This document shows, piece after piece, positions 47,090 to 63,101 of a stretch of 64,000 nt of DNA; position 1 is the stretch's first letter, and each line of letters opens with the position of its first letter. Made by a program: the position numbers and the translations under genes. The notes under the pieces were generated by a model that was not told the DNA's origin, searched no databases, and saw only the letters and a list, made by a program, of their open reading frames with translations. Location: the NCBI RefSeq assembly GCF_009914755.1, contig NC_060945.1. One strand, 5' to 3'. This DNA comes from the human T2T-CHM13v2.0 reference genome, Homo sapiens.

Positions 47090-48009
47090 GTGCATATAAG
47101 GGTGTGGGGGGGGAGGGGTGTGTGTAGTGTGGATGGGTGTGTGTTTCTTTAATGAGTTTCTGATTCATGACTCACTGTAAGTTCCATGAGATCAAGAGTC
47201 CTATCAACCATAGCAGCCCTAGCAGTAAGTCTGGCACGTAGTAGACATGAAAAACGTTCGTACTGAATAAATAAGTGAATCAATGAATCTACACTTAGCA
47301 GCACAATCAGCCTCCTGAAGTGCCTTAGTAGTCATTACTTCTGGATTTTGCTCTCATTTTGTTAACAACAATGGCCTTCTATTTCTTTGACCACTTCTGA
47401 ATCATACCCGACTTTTAAGGCTTGGCTTAAATCCTACATCATCCATGAAGCCCTCCAAAACCACGAAGCCCACACTCGTTTTGCCCTTCTCAGAATACCC
47501 AGTCTGCTTACATTCTATAGCCTGATCTTACATAGCCTCATGTCTTCAAAGAGATGAGCAACTTTCTTGAACAGAGGGTGACTACTTCAAAGCTTCATAC
47601 CTAGTAGGGTACAATTAACACCTATTGATCCATTACTCCACTTCTTTTTCTTAAGGAAGAAGACGGAGAAACGTGGATTAAAGTGTCTTCACTTCTCTAT
47701 GTGAGTAACGTACCTACTGTACCTCATTTTCCTCTGTTTTCTCTCTTCAGGGGTCAGGGTATGCTCACACACTCCCATAAACTGACTTCTAGCCTCTCTC
47801 CATGCTCTCCAGCAGTCTCTAGTGGAAATCAGGGCTGCACGACCCAAAGACTCACAATAAAAGCTGACTAAGCTCTTTAACATCATGACTTTCAAGGCTT
47901 AGAACAAAACTATGTAATTCCAAAAGCAAATGTTATCATCTCAATTTTACAAAAGAGAAAAATAGGGGTTCAAAATATAAAAAGATGAGCCCAAAATATA
48001 TTAGACACT

Positions 48010-48452
48010 TGTGGTAAATTAGGTTATTTTCGGAAATATTCACCCCTTCCTTTATTCGACTCTATTTCCCCACCCTTGGCTTTGGGTGGGCCATGTGACC
48101 TTCTTTGGTCAAGGTAGAAGTGAGGCTGCTAATTCCAAGCCTTTACAGGTCTTGTACATTTCCACTTGATCTCTTGTCCTTCTGCCATGCCAAGGGGAAG
48201 AATATGTCCAGGTCAGCACACCACATACTGCAGGAAGACAAGAGATGCATATTACACAGCCACCCTAGTGGGACCCCGTATGCATAGCCAACCCTGAACG
48301 AACCCACAGACATGTTAGCAAAACCAACTGAGATCAGCAGAGCTGATTGAGGCCAGCTGGCTTCAGTCAGTCAACATAAATATGTAAGCCAAATAAGCAT
48401 TTTTACCATTGAGATTTCCATGGTTGTTGTCTTTCAGCATTAGCTAACTAAT
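48010..48452 (+). mobile_element. Old MLT1 LTR
   Basis: tgtggtaaatt...gggccatgtgaccttctttggtcaa...tagctaactaata. Confidence 0.65.
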
Positions 48453-48639
48453 AAATCTGTTCTTAGAAGAATGAATGAATAAGTGAATGAGTGGGGGCCT
48501 CCAATCAGTTGGTTAGTAACTCGGACATGGAAGGTTTTGTGAATCCTGGTCTTTTGTTTGTTCTACTCCTCTTGTTTTCTCTCTAGCTGGAGAAGAATGC
48601 TGTAAAAGAATTTAAAAGTTAGGAAAAAAGAGATGATGT

Positions 48640-48889
<250 letters not shown>

Positions 48890-50065
48890 CTAAAGAAATA
48901 ATTATGCTCGCCAGGCTCCAAAATGCAAATAATGCCTGAATAGTATCAGTTGTTTTTCAATCCCTAAAACAAAATGAATTTAATCTGAATAGGAAAGGCT
49001 TGGATTAGATCTGAAAGAGAACCTCCAAACTATAGGAGTTATTAAGATTGAAATCATGCCACCAAATGCATCAGAGGAATCTGTAATATCATTTCTACAG
49101 ATTTCAGAAATAATGTATATGCTCGTCTTTGCAGAAAGTTTTAGGCTGATGTCTTCCAAAGGTAGACATGCAGGCAGGAGATAGGCTAGCTCTCCAGCTG
49201 CTAGAAAAATACAGATTTCTAGACTCAACCACCCCAAGATTCAAACTAAGTAGGTAGAGGGAAGGCCCAGGAATTCATAGTTTTAAAAGGTCCCAAGAGG
49301 GTCTGATATACAGCCAGATTTGGGACCCTCTAGTTGAAGGGGTGAGTGCTGAGGAACCTGATCATTGACCTTAGCAGCATCTTCCTGTGGTTTCTTATTT
49401 CTCTGAAGGTATTGAGTGAAGACTAGAGTCTATCAAGCAGCCTGCTGGTGGATAGAAGGAAGATGTAGGAGGAAAAAAAGGCAGTGAGGCCATTTCATTC
49501 AAATATGTTTTACAAATTTTAAATGTAAATTTAGTTATGATTTCCTCAAGTTTCTCATTAATTTCTTAGTTGATCTTTCTTACTTTCTTGAAGATTCTGT
49601 ATACACTGCAAGTACTAGGCTGGCCACTTTGCCTCAGATCAGATTTAGTTAACAGGGCACGGTTTATCTCAGCTATGATGCTTCTATTCTTGTGTTTTAT
49701 TTTAGGACAAATTTTCATTTTTATTGTTACCATTAGGTCACATTTTTCTCCCAATTAATGAATATGAATCATTGGCTCAAAGTAGTCTTCTTGAAGTACA
49801 AAGCAGATATTTAAAAAGTAATATGAATGGAAGAATTCTGGATAATGTAAATGTAAATGGTGAACAGGAATTTATTACAAATATGGATTGTAAATTTGTG
49901 TATACTAAGATAACAGTGAATATGATTATATAAGAGCAAGAAAGAAAAGCATGAATATAATATCTGTTCATTGAGTCTTGTTGAACTGGCAATCTGTCAC
50001 CCTAGCGAGTAGTCTACTGTGAAATTTTGTCAAATAGTATCCTAAAGAAATCAAAACTTTTTTAT

Positions 50066-50291
50066 AATTTTTGGTTTGTTTTTTTGAAACAATGTCTTGA
50101 TCTGTTAGCCCAGGCTGGAGTGCAGTGGTACAGTCATGGCTCACTGTAGGCTTGACCTCTCAGCTCAAGCAATCCTCCCACCTCAGCCTCCCAAGTAGCT
50201 GGGACTACAGGTGTGTGCCACTATGACCAGCTAATTTTTATTTATTTTACTTTTTATAGAGACAGGGTCTCATTATATTGCCCAGGCTGGC
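50066..50291 (-). mobile_element. 5'-truncated AluJ
   Basis: Antisense right arm plus part of left arm. Confidence 0.85.
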
Positions 50292-51959
50292 ATTTTCATA
50301 ATTTTTAAAGCAAGTCCAATAACATCTTTTTGTTATAGCAACTTCACCTACACACAGCTTCTAATCTATCAGAACTAAACTGCTATAGATTGTCCATCCC
50401 AACTGACCTCATAGATGAAGTACAGAAAAGTTAAACACCTTGAGATCAGGAGCTACTGATTACAATGGCCAGAACTAAAGCTCAAATCTCCTAGTTTGTG
50501 TGTGTGTGTGTATGTGTATGCACACGTGTGTGTGTGTGCATGTGTATTTGACGTGTAGTAAGCTATTCCCGTTTATCATCTCATATCACATAACATTTTA
50601 TCATATTATTTTCATTCAATAATTCTATCACGTGTCTTGTATCATTTCCACCCAATAAACTTGGGGAGATCTGGGGGAAAAAAAAACAGTAGTTGGCAAA
50701 CACAGGGCCTGTTGAGGACAAAGACAGTCTCCATTTGAACTCTCAGCCACTCCCAACCTACTTTCCATTCCTCTTCTAAAAGATGGGTCCTGGTTTTTCA
50801 TGGAAAGCTCACTGTGTTCTGCGTACCATTAGCCATTTGAGAATCCCCTGGCATCCTATTCTTAAAATTACATTTGGCAAGTCTGTGCTCTACATTCGGC
50901 TAAATCTACTTCAAAAATACCCCCTCTGGAGTTTTTGTAAGCAAGTTCAAAGTCATGTATAATGATTTGTACATTTGTACTTTCCCTTACGAACTGCTAG
51001 GATAATCACCTAGGCAGTGGAAGCCAGCTCCAGAGTGTCAGTATTCAGCTGTTAGCATTAGCAGTCATGGCTGATAACACATTATGTTCCAAATAGATCA
51101 GCTAGAAGCCTATGTGTCAGGGAACACATGTTGAGTCCTCGATAAAATGGCAATTCAACCACATGTTCAGTTGGGTGGCAGTTTATGTGTCTAGGGAGTG
51201 AGCTGTGCCAGAGTGCAACAGAGCAGATCATTTCATTTTCTCGAATCCGTAAATTCTAACACCTCCCTTCTTCCTAAACCCTCCTGAACTCACACCACTT
51301 CACCCATCATGAAAATAAGATATTTACCCTCACTCACAAATCTCAGTTGATCTGTTTTGTTAGCTGCAGCATACCTCATCTGAAACCATTTCTTATTATT
51401 GTTAGATTTATTTTTTAATTTAGTGTAGTAACAAGAACATCAGCCAAAAAAAAACCTGAGGCTTAGTTTAAAAAATTGTCTGAGCTGAGCCAATAATTGT
51501 ATTTAATAAAACTTGAGTATTTTTTCCTACAAGGCACTTACTCTGTACCTACTTTTTCTTCATAAGCAAGTATAAAACAATCAGTTCCCAAGTTTCCCAT
51601 TTTATAGCTGATTAGAAACATTTAAAAAATGGAATTGAAGAGGTAAAATTTGAGTGAACAATGGACAACTGGACATCAAGGGAGACGATAAAAAATTAAA
51701 ACGAGAGATTATGAGAATCAAAAACATAATTCATTTTATGTAATGCCAGATAACCCAATAATCTTCAGTGGCCCAGAAGGCACCAGATTTTCTATAATAT
51801 CAAATAATTTATGGGCCTAATAATAGCGTGAGTAAAGGTACTTGTCACAAGGCATTCATAAAAGGACAAAAAAGGTGAAACAGCTTAATCATCCAACAAT
51901 GAAGTAACCATTAAAATTATAAATACCCATGCAATCAAACATTCTACAACATTTTCTCA

Positions 51960-54540
<2,581 letters not shown>

Positions 54541-54550
54541 TATATAGGCC

Positions 54551-55405
54551 TGAGTGGAAAAGCACAAACTGTCTTTCCTTTGCTCTCACACCATAACAAT
54601 CAACATAGACAATTTCTGTGACCCAGAGTGTGGGAGCTCCACCTTACCAGCAAGCAAGCAATGAATTTGCCATGGGACACAAGCGGGGTGTCCTGCAATC
54701 CGACTCAATTCTGATGCTATCTACCTGGAGATAGCAGCAGATCCCACAGGTCGAGGTTGAGGCCCCACCTTCAGATGCCAATTGCAAGCCCCAGATTGTT
54801 TTTACCTGCACTTCTGACTGGCTGCCTATACATCTGGGATCCCACTACCTTCTCCTTGAGGCCAGTCAATTTGCTAGAGTGGCTTACAGAACTCAGAGAA
54901 ACACTTACTTACCTTTACCAGTCTATTGTAAAAAATATTACAAAGGATACAGATAAAAAGATGTATACAGTGAGGTATGGGGGAAAGGGCATGGCACCCC
55001 CAAGGAACTTCCACATGTTCAGCTATCAGGAAGCTCTTTGAATCCTGTGCTCCTGGGCCTTCTATGGAGACTTCATGGGATAGGCATGATTGACAACCAT
55101 GTAGAAATGTGACTTGACCAAAAGAGTATGATCTAATACTAATAGACTGAGTAAGGAAACCCAGCAGGGCGTGTCTGTTCAGATTCCTCTTGGCTTCTCT
55201 GTGCAGTTTTTCTTCCTCCAGAGTGTGGGGCAGGACCCCTTCTAAAATGGGGGTTTATGACCTAAAATCAGACCAGGTAGGTCAGAGAATTTCTTTAAGG
55301 GCAGTTCAAAGACAAAAGATTAGAGTATATTTACATTTTTTTCCATGACCTGCTTTGGGGAGAAAATACAAGAGCTGCGGGAGTATGAGCCAGAAGCTGT
55401 GAATG

Positions 55406-55464
<59 letters not shown>

Positions 55465-55484
55465 TTATATACATAAATATCACA
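54551..55484 (-). mobile_element. MER21-like LTR with a (TA)n tract at ~55408-55461
   Basis: atctacctggagatagcagcagatcccacagg, ttgctagagtggcttacagaactcag; ends at aatatcaca. Confidence 0.8.
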
Positions 55485-57323
55485 ATTGTGGAATTCGTCC
55501 ATTGTCTGACAAATGAGTTGTAGATATTCCAAGATTCTAAGATTATCACGTGTTTGACTTTGCTCATAAAGGTTTTGCCAGGCAATAATTTTTGTATTTT
55601 TATGTGGTTAAATTTAATTAATAATTTTTATTGCCTACATATTTTGTAACATATCTAACAGGGCCTTCTACATGGTGAAATTATTAAAATATCAAAGAAC
55701 AGGGTGGCAGAGACTGCTGGATGTCCACCAAAATCTGTTTTGCATTTTTACCATCAAGAATTGAAGTTGAGCAAATGATGACGCAGCTCAAGACCTTATT
55801 TCCCAATATCCCTTGCATCTATGTGAAACCACATGGTTAAGTAACTATCAGTGAAATGTAAGCAAATATATGTAACTTCTAGGGATGGCTTCCTCAGAGT
55901 AGGAACACAATGTGCCTGCAAACTAGCTTCACTCCTGCAGCAGGGGACATTTTCCTAGCACATGTGATACAGTAAGAGGGAAGGAAATTGTATCTTTGAC
56001 AGACCATGGGGAGCAGAGCTAATCACCACTCTAAACGATTAACTCCAAGATTTTTATTTTAACAGGAAAATAACTTACTGTTTTCTTTTAAAACAAATTG
56101 TATGTCCTCTGTTACAGCAGATAAGATTTAATGCTGTTTTCTTTTACCATTTAGCTTTTAGATCAATCCAGAATTCATCCTGAGATAAGGTGTGAGTTAT
56201 GAATCCAAACACACAGTTATTTCTTTCTAAATGGCTTCATTTTTTCCCTTCTGAAATTTGAACTGTATCATTTGCTAAATTATTGTATAGACTTAGATCT
56301 ATTTCTGGACTTTCTATTCAAGTGCCAATAACCACTACACCTTTATGATGTTTTAACATCAATCCAGTAGTACTGTGTCCTTGTTTTGCTTGTAATTTTC
56401 AGACTATTTTTTCATAGCTGTTCTTGTTGCTTATTATTCCATAATTTAATTTATAAATTCCAACACAATTCCCAATAAAATACCAATATTCTATTTTTAA
56501 TTGGCAAAACTAATTCTAAAGTTCATTGAGCTTTCTTTGTAATGAGAATACATTTCTTTAGTGTTGGAAGTGGAAATTTTACTTGATTCTTCTTTAAATC
56601 TCTTTTTTCCTATATTGCATTATCCACCACCACTCCCAATCCTAGTCCTTGGGTTTCAGTTCCATCATGTCTTAATAATTTTAAACATATTTAGTGTATA
56701 TTCTCTTTATATCCTCATTGTAGGTATATTATCTCAAAGTCTAATATTCTAGAATCCAGCATTCTGATCTCACTGTTTATGATTCCCTTTCTCACTAATT
56801 TTGGCTCATATCATCATTTGGTCATTTTGATTAGTAATTATTAAGGGTTTATTTTTCTGTGAAAAATCCCTTATGCCTCAATTTGTATCTGCTTCTTCAA
56901 GCAGCTTAATGAATATCACTGGAATCAGACTAATTTGCATATGAGTTTCTTTTCTTCAGAGTCTCAGACTACCGCACTTGTAAAATTCAAACCCCAAAAC
57001 TATGTGATACTGACACCTACAGTTTTAAATTCCCACTAAGAACCTAGCAAGAAAGGGAACAAATATTTGGGGTTCTCCCTGTTCTGTTATTTTCTAATCC
57101 ACAGATGGGTGCCACCTCTTCCAGGATCCCAACTTAAAGATGGTGTGTAGGTTCCAGGATCTATCTCTTATGGGGCCCAGACCTCATCCCCTTTCACCTC
57201 ACAGGTGTTAAGTCCAAGCCCTAACTCCAAGCCTGACAGCCCCAGCCCAAGCAGCCACATCAGCTCACATGCTTTCAACTCTGGTGGTAAGTTCTGGCTT
57301 TGTTTCCAACACCTGGGATTTCC

Positions 57324-57522
57324 TTTTCTTTTCTTTTCTTTTTTTAATTTAAAAAAGTTTTATTGAGCCATAAACAATTCATGAATCAGGCAGCCTCCGA
57401 AGCCAGAGTAGGCTCACAGGACTCCAGCACAGCCTTGTAGTGGAAGATTTATAGACAGAACAGAAATGGAAGTGAGGGACAGAAACATCTGGATTGGTTA
57501 CAGTTGGACATTTGCCTTACTT
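57324..57522 (-). mobile_element. MER57-like LTR fragment ending in an A-rich tail
   Basis: Minus strand aaggcaaatgtccaactgtaaccaatcc...gctcaataaa, then A/GAAAA tract. Confidence 0.7.
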
Positions 57523-58573
57523 GGCACTTTAGTCCCTTCTCCACGACTAGCAGCAGCAGAGCAGTCAGAGAGACACCCAGAGTCATGATAGCTACACACT
57601 GCCTGGGGAAATGATGCAACACTCTGAGACCCAAAAGAGCAATTTGTAATATTACCAAGTGATTCTGGTTATTAGAGTCTGGTTATTACGGTTTATTTAA
57701 AAGAAAGTAGAGGATAATATTAGCCTAAAGTCCAGGGAAGCCAGTCACAATCACGATACTATCTGCTGATTCCAATGTAGTTTTAAGATCTCTTATCCCT
57801 CAACTTTTATCTCTAGAATCCAAATGAACAACTGAGTCCAAAATAGGCCTCCCAATTCTGTTCGACTTCCCCTTAATGCTCCTAGCCTGAAAAAGTTAAC
57901 AGATTAATAGTGATTTATTAGTGATTTATTTCAGAGTATTCTTCTTTAAAATAATATGAAGCCAATAGAAGATCCAAAAACATGAGCGGTCCATGGGAAA
58001 AATCCTGCCACAGATGTGAGGTATGGAAGGGAAGTCAGAGTTTGTTTTCCCATTGAATGTCTTTAGCTGAGGCAGGTACCCTCCAGAAGCCCACAGGTCT
58101 ACCTATTCTCATTGCCTTATATGGACCCAATCCCACAGTTTACTGTTCCCATCTGCCCAGAAGAGAGTTTAGTCTTTGACCATAGAATACATTCAAGAAC
58201 ATTTCATGTGCCAATCTTCTGGTTCTCAATGAAGTTTTAAGATTCCCTAGACACCAAATTATAGGAACTATAGAAATAATACACATTGTATATTTGCATA
58301 AATTTCATGTAAATTTCTCCTTTCCTTGTTCTATTGCCTGGACACAGCTTCTTACATGCCTATATGCCTTTACACACTATTTTCAGTCTTTCAACAATGA
58401 ATTCCTTCAACCCTACTCCCACTACAGCTTTCTGGCCATGTCCTACTCATTTTCAAGTCAAAGTTCAATCATTGCTTTCCTGAGAAATGCTTCCTGCTGC
58501 CACAGGGCAACCTTAAATTCTTCCTCCACTACGACTTATATATACGACTCCATCCTTTACTACTATTGGTTTG

Positions 58574-58947
58574 TGACATGGTTAGGCTTTGTTTCCCCAC
58601 CCAAGTCTCATCTTAACTTGTAATCCCCATAATCCCCACGTGTCAATGGAGAGACCAAGTGGAGGTAATTGACTCATGGGGTGGTTTCCCTCATGCTGTT
58701 CTCATGATACTATGTTCTCACGAGATCTGATGGTTTTATAAGGGGCTCTTCCCCATTGACTCAGCACTTCTCCTACCTGCTGTCTTGTGAAGAAGGTGCC
58801 TTGCTTCCCCTTTGCCTTCTGACATGATTCTAAGTTTCCTGAGGCCTCCTCAGCCATGTGGAATTGTGAGTCAATTAAATCTCTTTCCTTTCTAAATTAC
58901 CTAGTCTTGGGCAGTTTTTTATAGCAGTGTGAGAGTGGACTAATACA
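58574..58947 (+). mobile_element. THE1D-like solo LTR
   Basis: tgacatggttaggctttg...gactaataca; TSD gtttg at 58569-58573 and 58948-58952. Confidence 0.9.
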
Positions 58948-59914
58948 GTTTGTATTTAAATTCCTCAGGAGTAGAGACCTTTTTTTTTAATGTCTAGTTC
59001 TCTTATACCTAACATCATACCTAGCACATAGGTATACATATTAAATTTGTGAAACACTGTTCTAGCACATAGTATGTTCTCAATATCTATTCAATGAATT
59101 AATGAATAAATGAAGAGGTGTAATTTAGTTGAATCACACTGTCCCTGAGACTAATGTCACACTTTCAGTATTCAGATGTGCAAATAAGTTTAACTTTTCC
59201 TGAGAGCAGTCTTCACCCTTGACCAGTCCAGCACTCTGATAACTTTTTATGAGATAAGTCAAATTTCGTATGGGATGACTCTGTCATTTCTTTACCACTA
59301 CTGGAAACAGGCACTGCTCCTGGGAACTGCTGGTGGAATTATCTCTGAGTTTAAATGACAGCATACTTTCTTGGAGTTGAAACATCCATTATCTTAGGTT
59401 TCCTATGGCTGTCTAAACATTTACAGTCAATTGCTAGTGTGTGCTCACCCATTTCCTATTGCAATCTATGTTACATAAAAAAAAGAATATCACTTTTTAA
59501 AATCTTTCTCCTGTCTGGAGGTGAGAAGTTTGTCTCTGTCACAGATGTAAGGTGGTGTGAAATCAAAATGAGACTTCTTAGGTTTTTATTCTATGAGCTA
59601 AGTAGCATTTCTACAGGATTTTACCTTAGAGACCTCAATCTCAAACTTTTTATAAAAGTGTACTTTTTCCAACACAGAGATTGTTTCCAAGTTTGATGCT
59701 TGACCCAAAAGCCACGCTGGTATAGGAAAATTGAGTCCAATTAGTGTTCAGCCTCTAATGCCTGGAATTGTTGTGTGTGGACTAGCAGCAGTGTCATTTC
59801 CTGGAATTTGGGGTCCCAGACCAGAATTTCTCAATCAAATCTGTACTTTAACAAGATCCCCAGGTGATCTGAATACATATTAAATGTGGGAAACACTGTT
59901 CTAGAATTTCCATC

Positions 59915-60295
59915 TGATATGGTTTGGGTCTGTGTCCCCGCCAAAATTTCACGTTGAATTGTAATCCCCAATGTTGGAAGTGGGGCTTGGTGGGAGGTGA
60001 TTGGATCATGAGGGCCGACTTCCACCTTGGTGCTCTTCTGGTAATAGTGAGTTCTCATGAAATCTGGCTGTTTAAAAGTGTGTGGCACCTCCTTCTTTTC
60101 TCTCTTGCTCCTGCTCCACCATGTAGGAGACCGGGCTCCCTGTTCACCTTCCACCATGATTGTAAGTTTCCTGAGGCCTCCCTGGAAGCCAAGCAGATGC
60201 TGCCTGTGGAACCATGAACCAATTAATCCTCTTTTCTTTATAAATTACCCAGTCTCAGATATTTCTTTATTGCAATGCGAGAATGAACTAATACA
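59915..60295 (+). mobile_element. MSTA-like solo LTR
   Basis: tgatatggtttgggtctgtgtcccc...gaactaataca. Confidence 0.88.
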
Positions 60296-60419
60296 CTATT
60301 CTAAAGCACAAGCTTCCTCCTTGAATTTCTGCTCAGTGCCCAGTAAGTTCAAATACGTGTATTTGCCATTTCCCTCCCCATCCAGTTCATGGGTCAGAAT
60401 TGCTTTTCTTTTTTATGCA

Positions 60420-60900
60420 TGTATCCCTTAGGAAGCTTTTAGCTGCAAGTAAACACGAACAAGCAGGCACACACGTGCACATATATGCACAAGCTCAGTA
60501 ACTCAAGAGGATTTATTATCTCATATAACAAGAGGTACTAAGATGAAGAAGTTGCAGGGCTAGTCAATTAGGCAGCCCAGTGAGTTCACCAGGGACCCAA
60601 TGTTCCTTCTGTGGTTCCTCTCAGCCAATCTTAGCATGGTCTCCTCAGGTTAGTTCCCTTTATTGCCCCAAGATGTCTGCCATAGTTCCAAGGATCACAT
60701 GCAGAAACGAAAATACCAGCAGCAGAAAATAACTGTTTCCTCATGTCCATCTATTTTTAAGAACGAGGAAAACATTTTTCAGAATTCCCCCAGCAGAATT
60801 CCCTTTGTATGGCATTGGCCAGAATCATATCACATGACTTGACCTGGACCTATCATTGGCAAGGGGTACAGCTCCTCCTTGGCTGGCTTAGACCAAGCAT
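60420..60900 (-). mobile_element. Old MLT1 (J/K-like) LTR
   Basis: ttttagctgcaagtaa, ttatctcatataacaag, cattggccagaatcatatcacatg. Confidence 0.6.
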
Positions 60901-60912
60901 TGCTCATTCTTA

Positions 60913-61381
<469 letters not shown>

Positions 61382-61832
61382 TCAAATAAACAAAAGGAAA
61401 TTTATCTTTTTTTCCTTTTAACTGAAAGAACACTGGTTACAATAGGCCTATGATAGGACTCACCGTCAGATCTCAGCCTCAAATAACTAGCACAGTCTCC
61501 CTGAGCACTCCCTTTTACCTGCTCCTGCTGCCCAGTCAGCTAAATCCAACCTTGACCCTTCCAATGGAGCAGGGCCAAGAAGGGGACACAGAAGCTGGTG
61601 TTCTGCCATTGTGCTGCTACTTGGATCTCTAGGGCCTAACCCAGCAAACCCCGGCAGGTTTTTTAGAACAGACTCCAGCCATTCAGTATAATTCTTCTCC
61701 CCACCACTAGTAAGCAATGAGATAGGGTTGCTATGGGCTGGACTCCTTCAGCCAAATAAGTCTGCAATTATTTGTGGCTATAGCAACATTATTTGGTGTT
61801 TCAGATGGGAGGAGGAAGGAATAAGAAGAAAT

Positions 61833-61834
<2 letters not shown>

Positions 61835-61874
<40 letters not shown>
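61835..61874. repeat. (CA)n microsatellite
   Basis: Direct inspection. Confidence 0.95.
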
Positions 61875-61875
<1 letters not shown>

Positions 61876-62212
61876 AGAAAGCAAGATAGTTGAAGATAAT
61901 AATACTCAAATATTAGCATGCCTAAGCATCATCTACTTCACAGGTCAGTAATGAGAAGGAAAAAAATCCAGATTTTTAATTGGCATCCCAAGCGATTCCA
62001 ATGAAAGTGCTCTTTTAAATCATTCTTGAGAAAGAGTGTTGAGCTAGGGAAACAAAGTATTTATTTTCTTTATCCTTTGATTCAATGTTGCCCCAATATC
62101 TCTTCGGATTAAGAACAAGGATCATTTTCCTGCTACAGAATGCTATTCTTACTAGGGTAGGTTGTCTGTTCCAACCCAGGGATGAAACAACAAAGTCAAT
62201 GGAAGGGGTGAG

Positions 62213-62215
<3 letters not shown>

Positions 62216-62245
<30 letters not shown>
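62216..62245. repeat. (TG)n microsatellite
   Basis: Direct inspection. Confidence 0.95.
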
Positions 62246-62248
<3 letters not shown>

Positions 62249-62299
62249 TGCAAGTGTACACAAGCACTCAGCCTTTGAAACAGACTTAATCAACTACCA

Positions 62300-62500
62300 C
62301 AGAATGGTGGAACACTGGGTTCTGGTCCCAGCTCTGCCTCTTAGGAGCCAACTGACATTGATCATATCACAGCCTCTCTAGCTCTCAATTTTTTCATCTG
62401 TAAGATGGAGACAGTAATACCTACCTTGCTTCACAGAACTGCAGGAGGACTCAAATAAAAAACTGTATGTGAAAGAAACTTGTAAACAGGATAACGCTAT
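62300..62500 (+). mobile_element. MIR SINE
   Basis: ctgggttctggtcccagctctgcc...ttttcatctgtaagatggaga..taatacctacc. Confidence 0.75.
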
Positions 62501-62799
62501 AAAAATTTATTCCTTTTCAATGTTGATTTATAAAATTATTTCCCCCTCAATATCAAAAGCCTTTAAAATTTTATATTTCTGCTCTGTGCAACATCCTCCT
62601 CATCTTAGTAATTTCATAAGAGCTGTTCATTCTGTTTCACTGGCTTCTATCCACATGGCAACAAACAGGGTCTTATCTTCACTCACTCACTCATAGGCTA
62701 TATGAGAGTAACACTGGCGGTATTAACTTGAAATGTCTGGTCTGGAATTTTTGACTTGCCCTTTGAAAGACCCTGAAAGTTCAAAAGTAATATATTTTT

Positions 62800-63101
62800 G
62801 GCCGGGCACGGTGGCTCACGCCTGTAATCCCAGGACTTTGGGAGACTAAGGCAGGCGGATCACGAGGTCAGGAGTTTGAGACCAGCCTGGCCAACATAGT
62901 GAAACTCCGTCTCTACTAGAAACACAAAAATTAGCCAGGCATGGCAGCGCGCACCTGTAGTCCCAGCTACTCAGGAGGCTGAGGCAGGAGAACCGCTTGA
63001 ACTCAGGAGGCGGAGGTTGTGGTGAGTCAAGATCTCGCACCACTGCACTCCAGCCTGGGCAACAGAGCAAGAGTCCATCTCAAAAAAAAAAAAAAAAAAA
63101 A
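62800..63101 (+). mobile_element. AluSg-like
   Basis: gatcacgaggtcaggagtttgagaccagcc; TSD aaaagtaata(t/c)attttt. Confidence 0.95.
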
